From positions 1,280,001 to 1,344,000 of the forward strand of contig OY759599.1 in NCBI GenBank assembly GCA_963662465.1: a stretch of 64,000 nt of DNA, in the 5' to 3' direction. The stretch comes from Desulfatiglandales bacterium (GTDB taxonomy: Bacteria; Desulfobacterota; DSM-4660; Desulfatiglandales; Desulfatiglandaceae). Of this stretch, positions 61,308-64,000 are shown piece by piece (position 1 is the stretch's first letter; every line of letters starts with the position of its first letter). The notes below the pieces were generated by a model, which had not been told where the DNA came from, did no database searches, and saw only the letters and a list, made by a program, of their open reading frames with translations. A program made the translations under genes and the position numbers.

Positions 61308-61538
61308 ATGCCTAGACAAGCCCGAATTGATGTGTCAGGTGTTCTCCACCACATCATTGTCAGGCTGATTGAGCGAAACAGGACCTTTCAGGATGATCTG
61401 GACAGGGATGATTTCCTGAACGTACTGGGCCATATATTGCCTGAATTCAGGACCGGATGCTACGTGTGGGCATTGCTTGAGGATTTTACGAGCCATTCTG
61501 CTTGTGATTTGACGTTAACTATAAATAGAATATCTTAG
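61308..61538 (+). pseudogene. REP-associated tyrosine transposase (RAYT/Y1) N-terminal remnant
   Basis: MPRQARID..G..HHII.R.IER...F.DD.DR..FL......CYVWAL; breaks just before the expected NH.H HUH motif. Confidence 0.8.
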
Positions 61539-61588
61539 CGTAACCCAACGGTCGGCAGAGGCGTTGGTGAGCTTAACGGTGACAACAT

Positions 61589-62650
61589 ATGATGAAATTG
61601 AGTGATATGGGTTTCGACCAAGGGTTTCAATTGCATGTCGGTGACTTGTGTCAAGAGGACCGGGATATTGCGCGTATATCGGCAGTTGACCGCGGCGCAT
61701 ACCGCATCAGAAATCAAACCAGGGAAGTCCCGGCTGAACTCGCCGGGAAGTTCTATTTCCAGGTAGACGCTTCGATTGACCTGCCGTGTGTCGGCGATTG
61801 GGTGACAGTGCAATATCACAACAACGACGCCGCGGCAATTATTCATGAGGTGTTTCCGAGAAAGACGTTTTTACGCCGCAAATCCGCCGGTGAAAAGGTG
61901 GATTTCCAGATGATTGCGGCCAACATTGACGTCGCTTTCATTGTCCAGTCGTGCCACTTTGACTTCAACGTGCGGAGAATGGATCGGTACCTGGTGATGG
62001 CGGCAGACGGGGGTGTTGAACCGATTATTGTTCTTACCAAGACGGACTTGATTGCCCCTGAAGAACTGGAACGGAAGCTTGCCGCCATTACGTCGAGGAC
62101 CATTACAGCCGGAGTCCTTCCCCTCAGCAATGTCACGGGCATCGGATTTGACGAATTCCAGCAGGTGTTAGTCTCGGGAAAAACATATTGTCTGCTCGGT
62201 TCATCGGGGGTTGGCAAAACAACACTCCTCAACCGTCTGATCGGGCAAGACGCTTTTGACACAAAGGCCGTTAGTGGAACGGGAGAAGGCATACATACCA
62301 CTACGCGCCGCCAGCTTATCGTTCTTAATCAAGGTTCCATGCTGATTGATACGCCTGGAATGCGAGAACTGGGTCTTCTCGGTGTAAGCGAAGGGGTCAA
62401 CCAGGGTTTTGATGACATTGTTCAGCTTTCCCTGAATTGTCGCTATCCGAATTGTGGCCACACGCGGGAACCCGGCTGTGCGGTCCGAGCCGCGTTAACG
62501 AGCGGTGCATTGGCCGAAGATCGCTATTCAAGCTATAAAAAGCTCAAGAATGAGTCGGAGTACCATGAGCTGTCGTACCTGGAAAAACGGAAGAAGGATA
62601 GAGCATTCGGACGCTTCATCAAATCTGCAAAGAAGCAAATGAAGGTCTGA
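61589..62650 (+). CDS. rsgA: Ribosome small subunit-dependent GTPase A
   Basis: VGDWV, AANID, LTKTDL, GSSGVGKTT, HTTT, IDTPG and C.Y.NC.H..EPGC. Confidence 0.95.
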   Translation: MMKLSDMGFDQGFQLHVGDLCQEDRDIARISAVDRGAYRIRNQTREVPAELAGKFYFQVDASIDLPCVGDWVTVQYHNNDAAAIIHEVFPRKTFLRRKSAGEKVDFQMIAANIDVAFIVQSCHFDFNVRRMDRYLVMAADGGVEPIIVLTKTDLIAPEELERKLAAITSRTITAGVLPLSNVTGIGFDEFQQVLVSGKTYCLLGSSGVGKTTLLNRLIGQDAFDTKAVSGTGEGIHTTTRRQLIVLNQGSMLIDTPGMRELGLLGVSEGVNQGFDDIVQLSLNCRYPNCGHTREPGCAVRAALTSGALAEDRYSSYKKLKNESEYHELSYLEKRKKDRAFGRFIKSAKKQMKV

Positions 62651-62745
62651 AATGGGCACGGAACTACTTGATGTATCCGACTTCCCGCAGTCGCGGTTCA
62701 TCACGGCGTTGGATTGATAGACAAGCAGGATGAAGTCCCTGCCCA

Positions 62746-62896
62746 TAGCTCATCGCTCATCGCCTGTTTTCATGGTAAACCCTCATGACAAGGGTTTTGC
62801 CACTCCCGTGCATGAAAATAACATCTACCGCTTTTAAGCTAACGGCTAACGGCTAACGGCTAACCGCTAATAGCTAACGGCTGTATTTTCATGGTA
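62746..62896. repeat. Composite element: TTTTCATG...CATGAAAA hairpin unit plus GCTAACG-type heptamer x6
   Basis: TTTTCATGGTAA occurs twice; inner AAACCCT...AGGGTTT stem; GCTAACG array at about 62838-62880; GCTCATC x2 on the left. Confidence 0.7.
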
Positions 62897-63096
62897 AGAA
62901 GCGTGTTGGAGATTAAACGTGAGAAATGGGCAACACGGAGAGCATATACCGATGGCACATGCATTATATAGGCTAACGATCAAACCAAACAAAAAACATG
63001 ACACGAACTCACCGGGAACGTCTTGTCAAAAACGGCTTCATCATAGCCCGCTATTGTTTATGTCACTCCTCGCTATTCAAGATAATGACCCCATAT

Positions 63097-64000
63097 TCAC
63101 TTCCCGCGGGGCAGCATAAAAACGAACGGAACACCCAGGAAACCAAGCAGGCAGCTGATCAGGTATGTGTTGCGCAGTCCGATGATATCCCCCACGAAAC
63201 CCACCAGCACCACAATGGCGGAACGTGCCATAAAGGATATCATCATAAAAATACCGTTGGCGGCAGCCGGGTTTTCGCCGGCATGTTCCTGCACCATGGC
63301 CAGCATTACCGGTGTCGTTGAAAGCAGGGTGAGCCCGGTCAGAAGAAGAGCCGCAAACCGGAGCGGGCTGCCAAGCAGGATAAACAGGAGCAGACTGACC
63401 GGTGCGGCAAAAAGCGTGAAAAAAAGGACCCGGCGCCGGCCAAAATAATCGCTCACGGATCCTGAAAAGAAGACCCCAAGAACCCCGGCGCTCTGGAAAA
63501 GGGTCAGGGCCAGGCCTCCAAACCAGAGGCTGCCTGTTTCCGACGTCATGAAAGTGGGAAGGAAGGTACTCATGGCGGCATGCATAAACCCTCTTGCAAA
63601 GAGAATGGCGGTTAAAGGGCCCAGCACCGAACGGGTTTCACGCCAGGTCTTTCCGATGGAACCCTGATGCTTTTTCCGGGTATTTTCCATGGGGACGTCT
63701 CTAAAATTGAAAAAGAGCCATATTGAAGCGAGTACGCCGAAAAGCATCACAGGATAAAAATTTTCCAGTCCGACCAGTGAAACGGCGCCGACGGCAGACA
63801 GCGGCCCGATGGTTCTGGCCATTTCGCCCCCTGTCATGTAGAAACTCATGCCTTTGCCAACCTTGTTTCCGGAGACCTGTGATATCAGGACCGGCGCCGG
63901 CACATGAAAAATGGCCACGCTGATCCCCGTAAGAAACAGCAAAATCAGCAGAACGGTATAGGTGGGCGCCAGGCCGATGAGACTCATGGGTATGGCGGTC
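63097..64000 (-). CDS. MFS transporter (Fsr-like); 5' part outside the window
   Basis: Multiple TM segments; AIFH.PA, GMSFY..GG and G.VSD.FGRR. Confidence 0.88.
   Translation of the reverse strand, partial: TAIPMSLIGLAPTYTVLLILLFLTGISVAIFHVPAPVLISQVSGNKVGKGMSFYMTGGEMARTIGPLSAVGAVSLVGLENFYPVMLFGVLASIWLFFNFRDVPMENTRKKHQGSIGKTWRETRSVLGPLTAILFARGFMHAAMSTFLPTFMTSETGSLWFGGLALTLFQSAGVLGVFFSGSVSDYFGRRRVLFFTLFAAPVSLLLFILLGSPLRFAALLLTGLTLLSTTPVMLAMVQEHAGENPAAANGIFMMISFMARSAIVVLVGFVGDIIGLRNTYLISCLLGFLGVPFVFMLPRGK

Noticed and set aside
49800..61600. Integron cassette array
   Set aside because: No tyrosine integrase and no convincing RYYYAAC...GTTRRRY attC sites recognised

Overview
Chromosomal window from what looks like an anaerobic deltaproteobacterium (Desulfobacterota-like; inferred from gene content). 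It has four parts. (1) 1-13.3 kb: a type III-A (Csm) CRISPR-Cas interference operon. It is preceded by a CRISPR-associated primase-polymerase (CAPP) and followed by a DUF433 gene, a CARF-adenosine deaminase fusion (Cad1/CAAD-like), Csx20 and a TM1812/Csx1-type CARF-HEPN nuclease. No array or cas1/cas2 is visible in the window. (2) 13.7-33.9 kb: housekeeping and signalling genes (gpmI, recO, a two-component/SulP/TetR cluster, purB, lgt, ilvD). (3) 34.4-45.7 kb: an anaerobic redox operon with a FadH/OYE-type flavoenzyme, ferredoxins, split HdrA plus MvhD, an HdrC/GltD-like fusion and a beta-oxidation enzyme. (4) 45.8-63 kb: an accessory region with toxin-antitoxin modules, pseudogenes, interleaved direct repeats, several REP-like palindrome families, a RAYT remnant and a 155-bp MITE carrying a REP doublet. 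It also holds a complete 1903-nt group II intron inserted at the foot of a REP hairpin to which its putative EBS1 is complementary. All family calls come from motif recognition by eye, not database searches.
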